Source: an uncultured Actinomycetes bacterium
Lineage (GTDB): Bacteria > Actinomycetota > Thermoleophilia > UBA2241
DNA length: 27,093 nucleotides
NCBI GenBank assembly: GCA_963767005.1
Contig: CAVYCN010000009.1
Coordinates: 1-27,093 of the forward strand
Direction of reading: 5' to 3'
Below the pieces are notes generated by a model, which made no database searches, was not told where the DNA came from, and saw only the letters and a list, made by a program, of their open reading frames with translations. Every line of letters begins with the position of its first letter. Position 1 is the first letter of the stretch. Below are positions 1 to 9,011 of this stretch, in pieces. The position numbers and the translations under genes are program-made.

Positions 1-52
1 GGCCCTCGACCAGCGCGCGTACGCGCTCGGCGAGCTGCTCGTCCCAGGCCAT
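1..52 (-). CDS. 5' end of a probable TfoX/Sxy N-terminal domain family protein, running off the window
   Basis: Minus strand ATG at 52 after GGAGG reads MAWDEQLAERVRALVEG, a typical TfoX_N start; only 17 codons are visible. Confidence 0.55.
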   Translation of the reverse strand, partial: MAWDEQLAERVRALVEG

Positions 53-140
53 GCCGCCTCCTCTCCCCTTGCCACAGACTACCGGCGTCGTTCCCCGGGT
101 ACAGGGTGCAGCAGTCCGCCACCGGGTGTCGGGAGGCATC

Positions 141-722
141 ATGGCCGAGGTGCTGCTGTTCCACCACGCGCTGGGTCTGACGCCTGGCGTCTTCGCCTTC
201 GCGACGAGCTGCGGCGGGCCGGCCACACCGTGCACACGCCGGACCTCTTCGACGGTCGCACGTTCGACAACCTCGACGGGGGCATCGCCCATGCCGGCAG
301 ATCGGGTTCGGCGAGCTCATCGAGCGTGGCGTGCGGGCCGCGGACGCCTCCCGGCCGGGCTGGTCTCGCGGGTTCTCGCTCGGGGTCGTGCCGGCGCAGA
401 AGCTCTCGCCGACCCGCCCGGGCCCGGGCGCGCTGCTGTTCGACTCGTGCGGGCCGACTCGAAATTCGGCCCCGTCTGGCCGGCCGACGCGCCGGTCCAG
501 GTCCACGGCATGGACGCGGACCCGTTCGTCGGGGGGGGCGCCATCACGCCGCCCGCGCACTGGTCGAGTCGTCCGCGCACGCGGAGCTGTTCCTGTACCC
601 GGGCGACCAGCATTACTTCGCCGACTCGGCCTGCCCTCGTACGGGCGGACGCCGCGGCGCTGCTCCCGCGGCGTGTTCTCGCCTTTTTGCGGGCGGTCGA
701 CGCGGAGGCTCGCGCCGCCTGA
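141..722 (+). pseudogene. Dienelactone hydrolase family gene broken by several frameshifts (pseudogene or sequencing errors)
   Basis: GGAGG RBS and ATG at 141. Family motifs are scattered over all three frames: MAEVLLFHHALGLTPG, VHTPDLFDGRTF, GFSLGVVPAQKL, PVQVHGMDADPF, ELFLYPGDQHYFAD, RVLAFL. Confidence 0.8.
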
Positions 723-854
723 CGGTCCTCGTCGCACGCCGGCGTCGGTGCCGGCGCGTGCGACGCAGGAGCTCGCGGGCGTCCGGCCAGGTAGGGCGGT
801 CCGCCGAGGTCTCGTCGCCATGCGCGGCGTCGCGCGATAGGCTTCGCTCGAGCG

Positions 855-885
855 GGCGGCGGGGCGGCGAAACCGCCCCGCCGCC
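855..885. repeat. GC-rich hairpin (13-bp stem, CGAAA loop), a shorter relative of the REP-like palindrome family
   Basis: GGCGGCGGGGCGG-CGAAA-CCGCCCCGCCGCC just upstream of the mttB-like gene. Confidence 0.55.
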
Positions 886-908
886 GGACACACGCGGGAG
901 GGGGGACC

Positions 909-2363
909 GTGTCCGACTCAACGACGCGCGCCCGGAGCGGCGCGAGCTGGCCCTACCGACGCGTCTCGGGCGACGAGTGCCAGAGACTCCACGAGGCGGC
1001 CGTCTCGATCCTGCAACGCACGGGGCTGCGACTCGAGCTGCCGCGGGCCGTCGCGCTGCTGCGCGCCGCCGGCTGCGCGCTCGACGCGGACGGCATCGTC
1101 CACATGCCGCCGGCACTCGTGGACTGGGCGCTCGAACGGGCGCCGCGCTCGTTTACGATCTACGACCGCGAGGGCGCCCCGGCGATGGTCCTCGACGGCG
1201 CCCGCACCTACTACGGTCCCGGCTCCGACTGCCTCTCCATCATCGACCATCGCAGCGGCGAGCGGCGGCGACCCACCATGGCCGACGTCGGCGAGGGCGT
1301 CGGCCTGGCCGACGCCCTCGCCGACGTCGACTTCGTCATGTCGATGTTCCTGCCCGCCGACGTCGACGACCGCATCGCCGACCGGCACCAGCTCCGCGCA
1401 ATGCTGACCGGCACGCGCAAGCCGCTCGTCTTTGTGACCTACGACGCCGCGGGCTGCCGCGACGCCGTGGCCATGGCCGAGGCGGTCGCCGGCGGCGGCG
1501 AGGCCCTCACGGCCAGGCCCTTCCTTGCCTGCTACGTGAACTGCGCGACCGGCCTGCTGCACAACGCCGACGCGCTCGAGAAGCTCATCCTGCTGGCCGA
1601 GCGCGGGCTGCCGGTGCTCTACGTCCCCGGCTCGCAGGCCGGCGTGACCGGCCCGGCGACGCCCGCGGGCGCGGTCGCGGTGTTCTGGGCCGGCGTGCTC
1701 GCCGGCCTCGTGATCGCCCAGCTCGTGCGCGAGGGCACGCCCTTCGTGGCCAAGGGCTGGGGCGGCGGCGGCCTCGACATGAAGACCATGGTCTACGGCT
1801 ACGCCGGCCCCGACCAGCGCGCGACGGCGACCGCCCTGGCGCGCCATGTGGGCCTGCCCACCTTCTCGCTGGCCGGCGCGAGCGACGCCAAGACCGTCGA
1901 CCAGCAGGCCGCCGCCGAGGCGGCCCTCACCCTCGCCGTCGAGACGCTGGCCGGCCCCGACCTCGTGCACGACCTCGGCTACCTCGAGTCCGGCCTCACC
2001 GGCTCACTCGCCCAGCTTGCGATCTGCGACGAGATGGTCGGCTGGCTGCGTCATCTGAGAGCCCCGCTCGACACCGGCGACGAGGCCCTCGCCCTCGATA
2101 TCGTCCACGAGGTCGGCCCCGACGGCCAGTTCCTCGCCACGCGCCACACGGCGCGTCACTGCCGCGAGCTCTACTACCCCACGCTCTTCGAGCGCGCCAC
2201 CCGCGAGGCCTGGGTCACGGCGGGCGCGTCGACCTTGGCCGAGCGCGCCGGGCGGCGGGTCGAGGAGCTGCTCGCCGCGCGGCCCTCACCGGAGCCGCTC
2301 GCCTGTGACGACCGGCTCCGCGAGATCGTGACCGCGGCCGAGCGAGGCGCCGCGACTGCCTAG
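909..2363 (+). CDS. mttB: Trimethylamine methyltransferase (MttB) superfamily protein, non-pyrrolysine type
   Basis: 484 aa with motifs LHEAAVSILQRTG, ALERAPRSFTIYDR, TGPATPAG, DMKTM, GASDAKTVDQQA, HDLGYLESG, DEMVG, VGPDGQFL. No in-frame TAG. Confidence 0.9.
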   Translation: MSDSTTRARSGASWPYRRVSGDECQRLHEAAVSILQRTGLRLELPRAVALLRAAGCALDADGIVHMPPALVDWALERAPRSFTIYDREGAPAMVLDGARTYYGPGSDCLSIIDHRSGERRRPTMADVGEGVGLADALADVDFVMSMFLPADVDDRIADRHQLRAMLTGTRKPLVFVTYDAAGCRDAVAMAEAVAGGGEALTARPFLACYVNCATGLLHNADALEKLILLAERGLPVLYVPGSQAGVTGPATPAGAVAVFWAGVLAGLVIAQLVREGTPFVAKGWGGGGLDMKTMVYGYAGPDQRATATALARHVGLPTFSLAGASDAKTVDQQAAAEAALTLAVETLAGPDLVHDLGYLESGLTGSLAQLAICDEMVGWLRHLRAPLDTGDEALALDIVHEVGPDGQFLATRHTARHCRELYYPTLFERATREAWVTAGASTLAERAGRRVEELLAARPSPEPLACDDRLREIVTAAERGAATA

Positions 2364-3265
2364 GAGCGCGCGTCGACGTCGCCCTGCGGCGCCGTCTCGC
2401 CTTGCGCAGCCGCTTCGGCCCGCTCCGAGCCGCTCCCCGGCTCCATCGCGCCGTTCAGGAACGGCAGCACGGTGGGCACCAGCGCGGCCGACGCGAACAC
2501 GTCGTAGTGCGTCTGACCGGGCAGGATCGCCAGGCGGTTCTGCGACATGTCCTCGCCCGTCCAGCCGCCGTCGCGCAGGCCGCCGCCGAGCAGGTGGTAG
2601 AACTCGACCATGTGCTCGGGGCGGAACATGTCGCTGTCGCCGTAGACGAGCATGACCGGCATGCGCAGGCCCTTGGCGTCTTCTGAGTAGTCGAAGTCCT
2701 GGCGCATGAGCTCGCCCATGCGGTCGAGCAGCCGCGGGAAGTCCTCGGGGTGCGGGGCGACCGCGGCGTAGTGCTCGTGCATGGGCGTGCCCTTCATCCG
2801 CTCGGCCGCGGCGGCGCTCATCTGCGCCTGCTGGGAGCGCATCTCTGCGTAGAACCCGTCCGGGCGAAAGCCGGCCGAGACCAGCACCAGGCGCCGCACC
2901 AACTCGGGGTGCTGCACCGCCAGGCGAAAGGCGACGCCGGCGCCCAGCGAGTAGCCGATCGCGTCGACCTGGCCATAGCCGAGCCGCTCGAGCAGCACGG
3001 CCATGTCGTCGCCCATGTCGATCAGGCTGATGGGCCGGTCGCCGAGCGGCGTGCGGCCGTGACCGTGCAGGTCGACGGCGATCACCTGGCGGCCCGCGCC
3101 GAGCAGGGCGGGGCTCGGCCCGAACAGGTTGCTCGAGCCGAGCCCGCCGTGCAGCACGAGCAGCGGCTCGCCTTCGCCGTGGATCTCGTAGTAGTAGTCG
3201 ATGCCGTTGGCGTTCACGCGCCCGGCTTCGACGAGCGTGGGGTCCGACAGGGATCCGGCTTCCAT
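2360..3265 (-). CDS. Alpha/beta fold hydrolase
   Basis: GEGEPLLVLHGG oxyanion motif, GYSLG nucleophile elbow, GDSD and THY. RBS AGGAGG precedes ATG 3265. The stop overlaps the mttB stop in CTAG. Confidence 0.9.
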   Translation of the reverse strand: MEAGSLSDPTLVEAGRVNANGIDYYYEIHGEGEPLLVLHGGLGSSNLFGPSPALLGAGRQVIAVDLHGHGRTPLGDRPISLIDMGDDMAVLLERLGYGQVDAIGYSLGAGVAFRLAVQHPELVRRLVLVSAGFRPDGFYAEMRSQQAQMSAAAAERMKGTPMHEHYAAVAPHPEDFPRLLDRMGELMRQDFDYSEDAKGLRMPVMLVYGDSDMFRPEHMVEFYHLLGGGLRDGGWTGEDMSQNRLAILPGQTHYDVFASAALVPTVLPFLNGAMEPGSGSERAEAAAQGETAPQGDVDARS

Positions 3266-3420
3266 GGTCGATGCCCTCCTTCTCGCGGACGCGCGGCCGG
3301 CCTGCGGCCGGCCGCGCGTCGCGTCTGGTCCTTCTGGGTGCTGCCCACGAGTGTTCCCCCGCGCCATCGGTTATGGCTCTGGCCGTGGAGTGCGTCGTCA
3401 ACCTCCCATCTCGCGAAGCA

Positions 3421-3457
3421 TGTTGTAATTCGGTCACGTCATGACCAAAATACAACA
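3421..3457. promoter_or_regulatory. AT-rich imperfect inverted repeat, probable operator upstream of the ATPase gene
   Basis: TGTTGTAATTCGGTCA-CGTCA-TGACCAAAATACAACA; 14 of 16 arm positions pair. Confidence 0.55.
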
Positions 3458-3485
3458 CGAGCAACGTCAGACACGAAAGGAACAG

Positions 3486-4739
3486 ATGGCCGATATCCTC
3501 CCCCGCCACGCCACGGCCAGACTCCGCGAACTGCTCGGTACGTTCCCGGTCGTCGGGCTGACCGGCGCCCGCCAGGTAGGCAAGACGACACTCGCCCGCA
3601 TGTTGCTGGACGAGACCGCGGGGACATACCGAACGCTCGACGCCGTTCTCGCCCGTACGCAGGCGCAGTCCGATCCGGAGGGGTTCGTCCAGGCCGACGA
3701 CCTCGCCGTCATCGACGAAGTCCAGCTCGCGCCCGACCTGCTGCGCGCGATCAAGCTCACCGTCGACCGCGATCGCCGACCCGGCCGCTTTCTGATCACC
3801 GGCTCAGCCAACCTGCTTCGCATGAGGACCGTGACCGAGACGCTTGCCGGCCGGTCGGCCTGGTACGAACTCGGCCCGCTGACGTGGTCGGAGATCGAAC
3901 GCAGGCCGATTCCCGGGACGATCGACGCTGCCTTTGCTGCCGCCTCGGCCGACGCCTATGTCCGCACGACAGAGCAGGCCGGACCTTCTGCCGCTGCCGG
4001 CGCTCGCCGCCGCGCGATCGAAGGCGGCATGCCGCCGACGCTTGGGCTCAGCGCCCGGACGCGCCGTGACTGGTACGACGGCTACCGTCAGACGTTTCTC
4101 GAACGGGATCTGCGGCAGCTGGCCACGATCGAGAACCTGCCCGAGTTCTCGAGACTCCTCAGCCTCTCACTCCTGCGCACCGGCGGCGTGCTGAACAAGC
4201 ACGAGCTGGCCGCTGACGCCGCCCTGAAGGACCCCACCGCGCGTCGCTACCTGAACATCCTCGAGGTCGCTTGCCAGCTGCACGAGCTGCCGCCGTTCCT
4301 GCCGAACATCGGCAAACGCCTGGTCAAGTCGTCCAAGCTCTACGCCGGCGACGTCGGCATGGCGGCCTACGTCGCCAACATCGCGTCCTGGGACGACGCC
4401 GTGTCGATGGGCCGCGAGGGAGCCCTGCTCGAGACGTGGGTGGTCGACGAGCTGCGCACCATCGATGGACTGTCCGACTCGCGGTCGTCGATGATGTACC
4501 TGAGGCGCAGTCACGGGCCCGAGGTAGACATCGTGTTCGAACGCGGCACGAGGGTCGTGGCGATCGAGATCAAGGCGTCGGCGACCGTGAGCGCCCGTGA
4601 CCTGGCCGGCCTGCGCACGCTACGCGACGACCTCGGCGAACGATTCCGGCTCGGGATCCTCGCCTGCCTGGGCGAGGCCCCGGAGGTCGTCGACAGGTCG
4701 CTCTGCGTCGTGCCGATCGCGTCGCTGCTCGGGCTCTAG
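3486..4739 (+). CDS. AAA+ (AAA_14) ATP-binding protein with C-terminal DUF4143 / PD-(D/E)XK-like domain
   Basis: Walker A GARQVGKTT, Walker B IDEVQ, LITGSA, ETLAGR, KRLVKSSKLY, EVDIV...IEIK. RBS GAAAGG precedes ATG 3486. Confidence 0.9.
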   Translation: MADILPRHATARLRELLGTFPVVGLTGARQVGKTTLARMLLDETAGTYRTLDAVLARTQAQSDPEGFVQADDLAVIDEVQLAPDLLRAIKLTVDRDRRPGRFLITGSANLLRMRTVTETLAGRSAWYELGPLTWSEIERRPIPGTIDAAFAAASADAYVRTTEQAGPSAAAGARRRAIEGGMPPTLGLSARTRRDWYDGYRQTFLERDLRQLATIENLPEFSRLLSLSLLRTGGVLNKHELAADAALKDPTARRYLNILEVACQLHELPPFLPNIGKRLVKSSKLYAGDVGMAAYVANIASWDDAVSMGREGALLETWVVDELRTIDGLSDSRSSMMYLRRSHGPEVDIVFERGTRVVAIEIKASATVSARDLAGLRTLRDDLGERFRLGILACLGEAPEVVDRSLCVVPIASLLGL

Positions 4740-6088
4740 CAGGCTGCTGAAATTCGCCCTGCCTCGAGCTCACCGAGAGCCTGCCGCAGGAAGACCCTGC
4801 TCGTCCCATCAACCTGTTACTGTGCCAGACAGGCGATCGGGAGGTGGGCAAGATGCGCGGCGACGAAGAGCGGCAGGCCGGGTTCATCGTCATGACCACG
4901 CTCGAGGATGTCGTGCCCGATGACCACCCCTTGCGCGCGATCCGCGCCATGGTCGATGCCGCCCTCGCCGAGATGAGCCCGGCGCTCGATGAGCTCTACG
5001 CCTCGGCTGGCCGGCCTTCGATCGCCCCCGAGTACCTGCTGCGGGCGCAGCTTATCCAGATCCTCTACGCGATCAGCTCCGAGCGGCGCCTGGTCGAGCA
5101 GCTCAGGTACAACTTGCTCCTGCGCTGGTTCGTGGGCCTGCCGATGGGCGAGCCGGTCTTCCACGCCACGACCTTCACCAAGAACCGCGCCCGCCTGCTC
5201 ACCAGCGAGATCGCCGAAGCCTTCTTTACCGCCATCCGCTCCCAGGCCGAGGCGCACAAGCTGCTCTCCCGTGAGCACTTCTCCGTGGACGGCACGCTGC
5301 TCGAGGCGGCCGCCTCCTTAAAGAGCCTGCGGCCCATCGCTGAGGACGAGGGCGAGCAGCCCCCGCCCTCCGGCGGCGGCCGCAACCCCGACGTCGACTT
5401 CCACGGGCAGCGTCGCGGCAACCAAAGCCACCGTTCGGTGACCGATCCCGAGGCCCGCCTGGCGCGCAAGGGCACCGGCAAGGAGGCGCGGCTCTGCTAC
5501 GCCGGCCACAGCCTGACCGAGAACCGTCACGGCCTGATCTGCGACTGCGAGCTCACCCAGGCCTCGGGCAGCGCCGAGCGCGAGGCCGGCCTGCGCCTGC
5601 TGGCTCGCCAGCGCGATCGCCGCGGGCGTGGGCGCATGAGCGTCGCCGCCGACCGCGGCTACGACACGGCCGACTTCGTCGCCGGCGCGCGCGCCCTGCG
5701 CGTCACCCCGCACGTGGCCGCCAAGAAGCGCGGGAGCGCCATCGACGGGCGCACGAGCCGGCACGCCGGCTACGCCACAAGCCTGCGGCGTCGCAAGCTC
5801 ATCGAGCAGGGCTACGGCTGGATGAAGGACATCGGCGGCCTGCGCAAGCTGCGCCACCGCGGCCAGGCCAGGGTGAGCGCCGTCTTTACCTTCACCTGTG
5901 CGGCCTACAACCTGGTGCGCCTGCGAAGTTTGTTGGCGGAGCCCTCTTTAACCTGAGGTAAACGGCCACAGATCGGCCCCGCAGGCCCCGCTTGAGGGCT
6001 CGCGGGGCGTCGCATCGGCCTGCTTCTCGCTTCCTGCCACTCCCTCGGCGGTTGCGTCCCTCTCAAGCCCGCTTTGTTCCGCAGCCTG
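4740..6088 (+). mobile_element. Complete IS5-family insertion sequence, 1349 bp
   Basis: Ends read CAGGCTGCTGAA and TTCCGCAGCCTG (11/12 inverted match), flanked by CTAG direct repeats at 4736-4739 and 6089-6092. It contains a single transposase. Confidence 0.9.
4853..5956 (+). CDS. IS5-family DDE transposase (DUF772 + DDE)
   Basis: VPDDHPLRAIR, SERRLVEQLRYNLLLRWFVGL, FSVDGTL, TDPEARL, AADRGYD, RKLIEQGYGWMK, AYNLVRL. Confidence 0.93.
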   Translation: MRGDEERQAGFIVMTTLEDVVPDDHPLRAIRAMVDAALAEMSPALDELYASAGRPSIAPEYLLRAQLIQILYAISSERRLVEQLRYNLLLRWFVGLPMGEPVFHATTFTKNRARLLTSEIAEAFFTAIRSQAEAHKLLSREHFSVDGTLLEAAASLKSLRPIAEDEGEQPPPSGGGRNPDVDFHGQRRGNQSHRSVTDPEARLARKGTGKEARLCYAGHSLTENRHGLICDCELTQASGSAEREAGLRLLARQRDRRGRGRMSVAADRGYDTADFVAGARALRVTPHVAAKKRGSAIDGRTSRHAGYATSLRRRKLIEQGYGWMKDIGGLRKLRHRGQARVSAVFTFTCAAYNLVRLRSLLAEPSLT

Positions 6089-6327
6089 CTAGCGCTTCCG
6101 GCGGCGACTCCTGGACCGGGACCACGCCACGCCGAGCGCCAGGGTGCTCGAGGTGGTCGCCGACCGTAGGACATCGGTCTGACGCCCGCGTGCTGCCGCC
6201 ACTCCTCTCATCGCCCATCGGTTGCTCGCGCCGCAGCGGCGGGTACCCGCACATGGACGATGTCCAGCCGGCGACCTCCGCCGGGGCGTCGTCAGCCCGT
6301 GATCCACGAGCGCGAGAGGTGGTCGAC

Positions 6328-6756
6328 ATGAGCAAGACCAACAACCAGGAGCTGTACCGGCGGGTGACCCAGGAAGTGTTCAGCAAGGGCGACCTGAGCG
6401 TCCTCGACGAGACGATGACCCCCGACTTCCAGGAGCACGAGGGGCTCCCTGGGACCCGGCCCGGACGCGACGGGGTCAAGGACCTCGTCACGATGATGCG
6501 GTCGGCCTTCCCCGACCTGAGCGTGCGGATCGAGGACACCTTCGAGGCCGGCGATCAGCTCTGCGCGCGGGCCACCTTCATGGGGACCAACACCGGGTCG
6601 TTCATGGGCAACCCCCCGACCGGCAAGCACGTCGAGTGGGAGGCGATCGATCTCATCCGGGTGCGCGACGGACGCTGCGCCGAGCACTGGGGTCAGATGG
6701 ACATGCTCGGGCTCTTCTCGCAGCTCGGGCTGATGCAGATGCCGATGGCAGCGTAG
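6328..6756 (+). CDS. SnoaL-like ester cyclase (NTF2 fold)
   Basis: AFPDL, GTNTGSFMGNPPTGK, EHWGQMD. RBS GAGGTGG. An alternative start exists at 6253. Confidence 0.88.
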   Translation: MSKTNNQELYRRVTQEVFSKGDLSVLDETMTPDFQEHEGLPGTRPGRDGVKDLVTMMRSAFPDLSVRIEDTFEAGDQLCARATFMGTNTGSFMGNPPTGKHVEWEAIDLIRVRDGRCAEHWGQMDMLGLFSQLGLMQMPMAA

Positions 6757-6783
6757 CGGACCGCAACGGCCGTAGCGCGCGAA

Positions 6784-6818
6784 GGCGGGGCGGCGAGCTT
6801 GCAGCTCGCCGCCCCGCC
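6784..6818. repeat. REP-like palindrome, copy 1
   Basis: GGCGGGGCGGCGAGCT-TGC-AGCTCGCCGCCCCGCC, between convergent genes. Confidence 0.85.
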
Positions 6819-6823
6819 CTAGC

Positions 6824-7657
6824 TCACGCCAGCTCGAAAGCGGTCTCCATGAGCTGGATCAGGCGCCGCAGGAACCGCGCGACCGGCACGCCGTCGACCA
6901 CCTCGTGGTCGAAGAGCACGGTCAGGCTGACGAACTCGCGCGGCGCGGCCGGCTCGTCGGTCGGGTCGGCACGCCGCCCGACGGCGCCGATCGCGACCAC
7001 CAGCGGATGGATGGCGATAGGGATCCCCCAGCCACCGCCGCCGGAGCGGCTGGCCACCGGCACCGAGGTCACCATGACCGTGCCCATCGTCGCCTTGACG
7101 CGTCGCGGGCTGCGCAGCAGCGGCTCCCAGTAGAGCCACTTGCGCACGGCGAACGGCGCCCGGAAGGCCAGCGGCAGCACCCAGGCGGGCGGGCTGAAGC
7201 CCTGCGCCTCGAGCACCTGCTCGCCGGGCGCCAGCGGCATCGTCTGCACGCGGCGCACCTCGGCGCTGATCTCGGCGACACTGCGCTGGTCGGCCTTGCG
7301 CAGCACGAAGGGCATGGGCAGGCGCTCGTCTGAGTCGTCGTCGGAGAGGCGCCGGTAGACGGCGAGGGCGGTGTCGACGTCTTCGAAGACGACCAGCTTG
7401 CGCCGGCCGCGACGCAGACCGTGCACGCGCCGGTGCTCGGCGGCAGCCTGGGCGACGCACCTCACGACCCAGGCGGTAAACGACAGATCGAGGCCGGCGC
7501 GCTTGTGCTCGGCGAGCGCCGCCCGCGCGTCGGTGACGTCGATCTCGAGCAGGACAGGAACGTAGTGCTTGCCCTTGGCCACGCGGAACATGTCGAGGCC
7601 CGCGGTGCGCGCGAGCGGGTAGGGCAGCTCCTCGTAGCGACCGAGCAGGTCGTCCAT
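6824..7657 (-). CDS. Stand-alone 2-oxoacid dehydrogenase E2-type acyltransferase catalytic domain protein
   Basis: [45 protein letters not shown] (HxxxDG). No lipoyl domain. A TACGAT -10 lies 6 nt before the ATG. Confidence 0.85.
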   Translation of the reverse strand: MDDLLGRYEELPYPLARTAGLDMFRVAKGKHYVPVLLEIDVTDARAALAEHKRAGLDLSFTAWVVRCVAQAAAEHRRVHGLRRGRRKLVVFEDVDTALAVYRRLSDDDSDERLPMPFVLRKADQRSVAEISAEVRRVQTMPLAPGEQVLEAQGFSPPAWVLPLAFRAPFAVRKWLYWEPLLRSPRRVKATMGTVMVTSVPVASRSGGGGWGIPIAIHPLVVAIGAVGRRADPTDEPAAPREFVSLTVLFDHEVVDGVPVARFLRRLIQLMETAFELA

Positions 7658-7682
7658 GGGCGCATCGTATCTCATGACCGGC

Positions 7683-7719
7683 GGGCGGGGCGGCGAGCCT
7701 GCGGCTCGCCGCCCCGCCC
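7683..7719. repeat. REP-like palindrome, copy 2
   Basis: GGGCGGGGCGGCGAGCC-TGC-GGCTCGCCGCCCCGCCC, with a compensatory C-G in place of T-A. It lies between divergent genes. Confidence 0.85.
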
Positions 7720-7720
7720 C

Positions 7721-7808
7721 GTCACGCGGCCCGCCCCGCCCCGTCACGCGGCCCGCCCCGCCCCGGCACGCGGCCCGCCCCGGCCCGGCACGCGGCCCGC
7801 CCCGGCCC
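7721..7808. repeat. Tandem repeat, 4 x 22 bp
   Basis: Unit G(T/G)CACGCGGCCCGCCCCG(C/G)CCC at 7721, 7743, 7765 and 7787. Confidence 0.85.
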
Positions 7809-7891
7809 GCCCAACGCGTTTTCGGCCGGCCGTCGCGGGCAGCCCCTTTGGTACGCCCATCGTCCGTACCGCTCACCCAAGGAGGCACTCC

Positions 7892-8734
7892 ATGAGCATG
7901 TTCACGACCAAAGACGGCACCCGCCTCTACTACAAGGACTGGGGCTCGGGGCGGCCGATCGTCTTCAGCCACGGCTGGCCGCTCAGCGCCGACGCCTTCG
8001 AGGACCAGATGTACTTTCTGGCTCACCACGGCTACCGCTGCGTCGCCGCCGACCGGCGTGGGCACGGGCGCTCGAGTCAGCCGTGGCACGGCAACGACAT
8101 GGACACCTACGCCGACGACCTCGGCGAGCTCATCGACTCACTCGACCTGCGGGACGCGATCCTCGTCGGTCACTCCACCGGCGGCGGCGAGGTCGCGCGC
8201 TACATCGGCCGTCATGGCACCGAGCGCGTGTCCCAAGCGGTGCTCATCAGCGCGGTGCCGCCCATCATGGTGAAGTCGGCGACCAACCCGGAGGGCACGC
8301 CGATCGAGGTCCTCGACGGCCAGCGCGAGAGCATCCTGGCCGACCGCTCGCAGTTCTGGAAGGACCTCTCGCTGCCGTTCTACGGCTTCAACCGGCCCGC
8401 CGCCAAGGTGTCGGAAGGCCTACGCCAGTCGTTCTGGCTGCAGGGCATGATGGCGGGCATGCCGGCCTCGTACGACTGCGTCAAGCAGTTCTCGGAGACC
8501 GACTTCACCGGGGACCTCGAGCGCATCGACGTGCCCACCCTGATCATCCACGGCGACGACGACCAGATCGTGCCGATCGCCGACGCGGGCATGAAGTCGG
8601 CGAAGATCGTCAAGGACGCCGAGCTCAAGGTCTACGCCGGGGCGCCGCACGGCCTGTGCTCGACGCTCAAGGACCGCGTGAACCAGGACCTGCTCGAGTT
8701 CGCGCAGCGCGCCAGGATGCGGCGCGCGGCCTGA
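7892..8734 (+). CDS. cpo: Non-heme chloroperoxidase / perhydrolase (alpha/beta hydrolase)
   Basis: [60 protein letters not shown]. Confidence 0.93.
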   Translation: MSMFTTKDGTRLYYKDWGSGRPIVFSHGWPLSADAFEDQMYFLAHHGYRCVAADRRGHGRSSQPWHGNDMDTYADDLGELIDSLDLRDAILVGHSTGGGEVARYIGRHGTERVSQAVLISAVPPIMVKSATNPEGTPIEVLDGQRESILADRSQFWKDLSLPFYGFNRPAAKVSEGLRQSFWLQGMMAGMPASYDCVKQFSETDFTGDLERIDVPTLIIHGDDDQIVPIADAGMKSAKIVKDAELKVYAGAPHGLCSTLKDRVNQDLLEFAQRARMRRAA

Positions 8735-8748
8735 GCCACACGCGGCGC

Positions 8749-8793
8749 GGCGGGGCGGGGCGGCGAGCTTGCAGCTCGCCGCCCCGCCCCGCC
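8749..8793. repeat. REP-like palindrome, copy 3 (21-bp stem)
   Basis: GGCGGGGCGGGGCGGCGAGCT-TGC-AGCTCGCCGCCCCGCCCCGCC, just after the cpo stop. Confidence 0.85.
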
Positions 8794-9011
8794 CTGTCGG
8801 CCTGATTCGGCGGTCGCGCCCGCCCGGCTCAGTCGGCGGTCGCGCCCGTCTGGCTGGCCCGCTGCGAGGTCGAGTCGACCACGCCCGAAGCGAGGTAGAC
8901 CGGCCAGCCCATCACCGTGCCGGCCGGCGCGTCGATCCTGGCCAGGGCCGGATCGACGACCACCGGCTCCTCGCCGAGCAGAGCCGGCAGTACCAGAGGC
9001 TCGCCGCACTC

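Noticed and set aside
230-2308. 692-aa ORF and the many other long Arg/Ala/Gly-rich alternative or antisense ORFs (e.g. 10417-12387, 12452-14209, 16405-17946)
   Set aside because: Shadow frames of real genes in GC-rich DNA with no family motifs.
6093-6250. Possible gene disrupted by the IS
   Set aside because: No recognisable protein motif in any frame, and the upstream gene is complete.
7721-7808. Four repeats as a CRISPR array
   Set aside because: Head-to-tail units without unique spacers.
6784-8793. Palindromes as integron attC sites
   Set aside because: No RYYYAAC/GTTRRRY ends or extrahelical bases, genes in mixed orientation, and no integrase.
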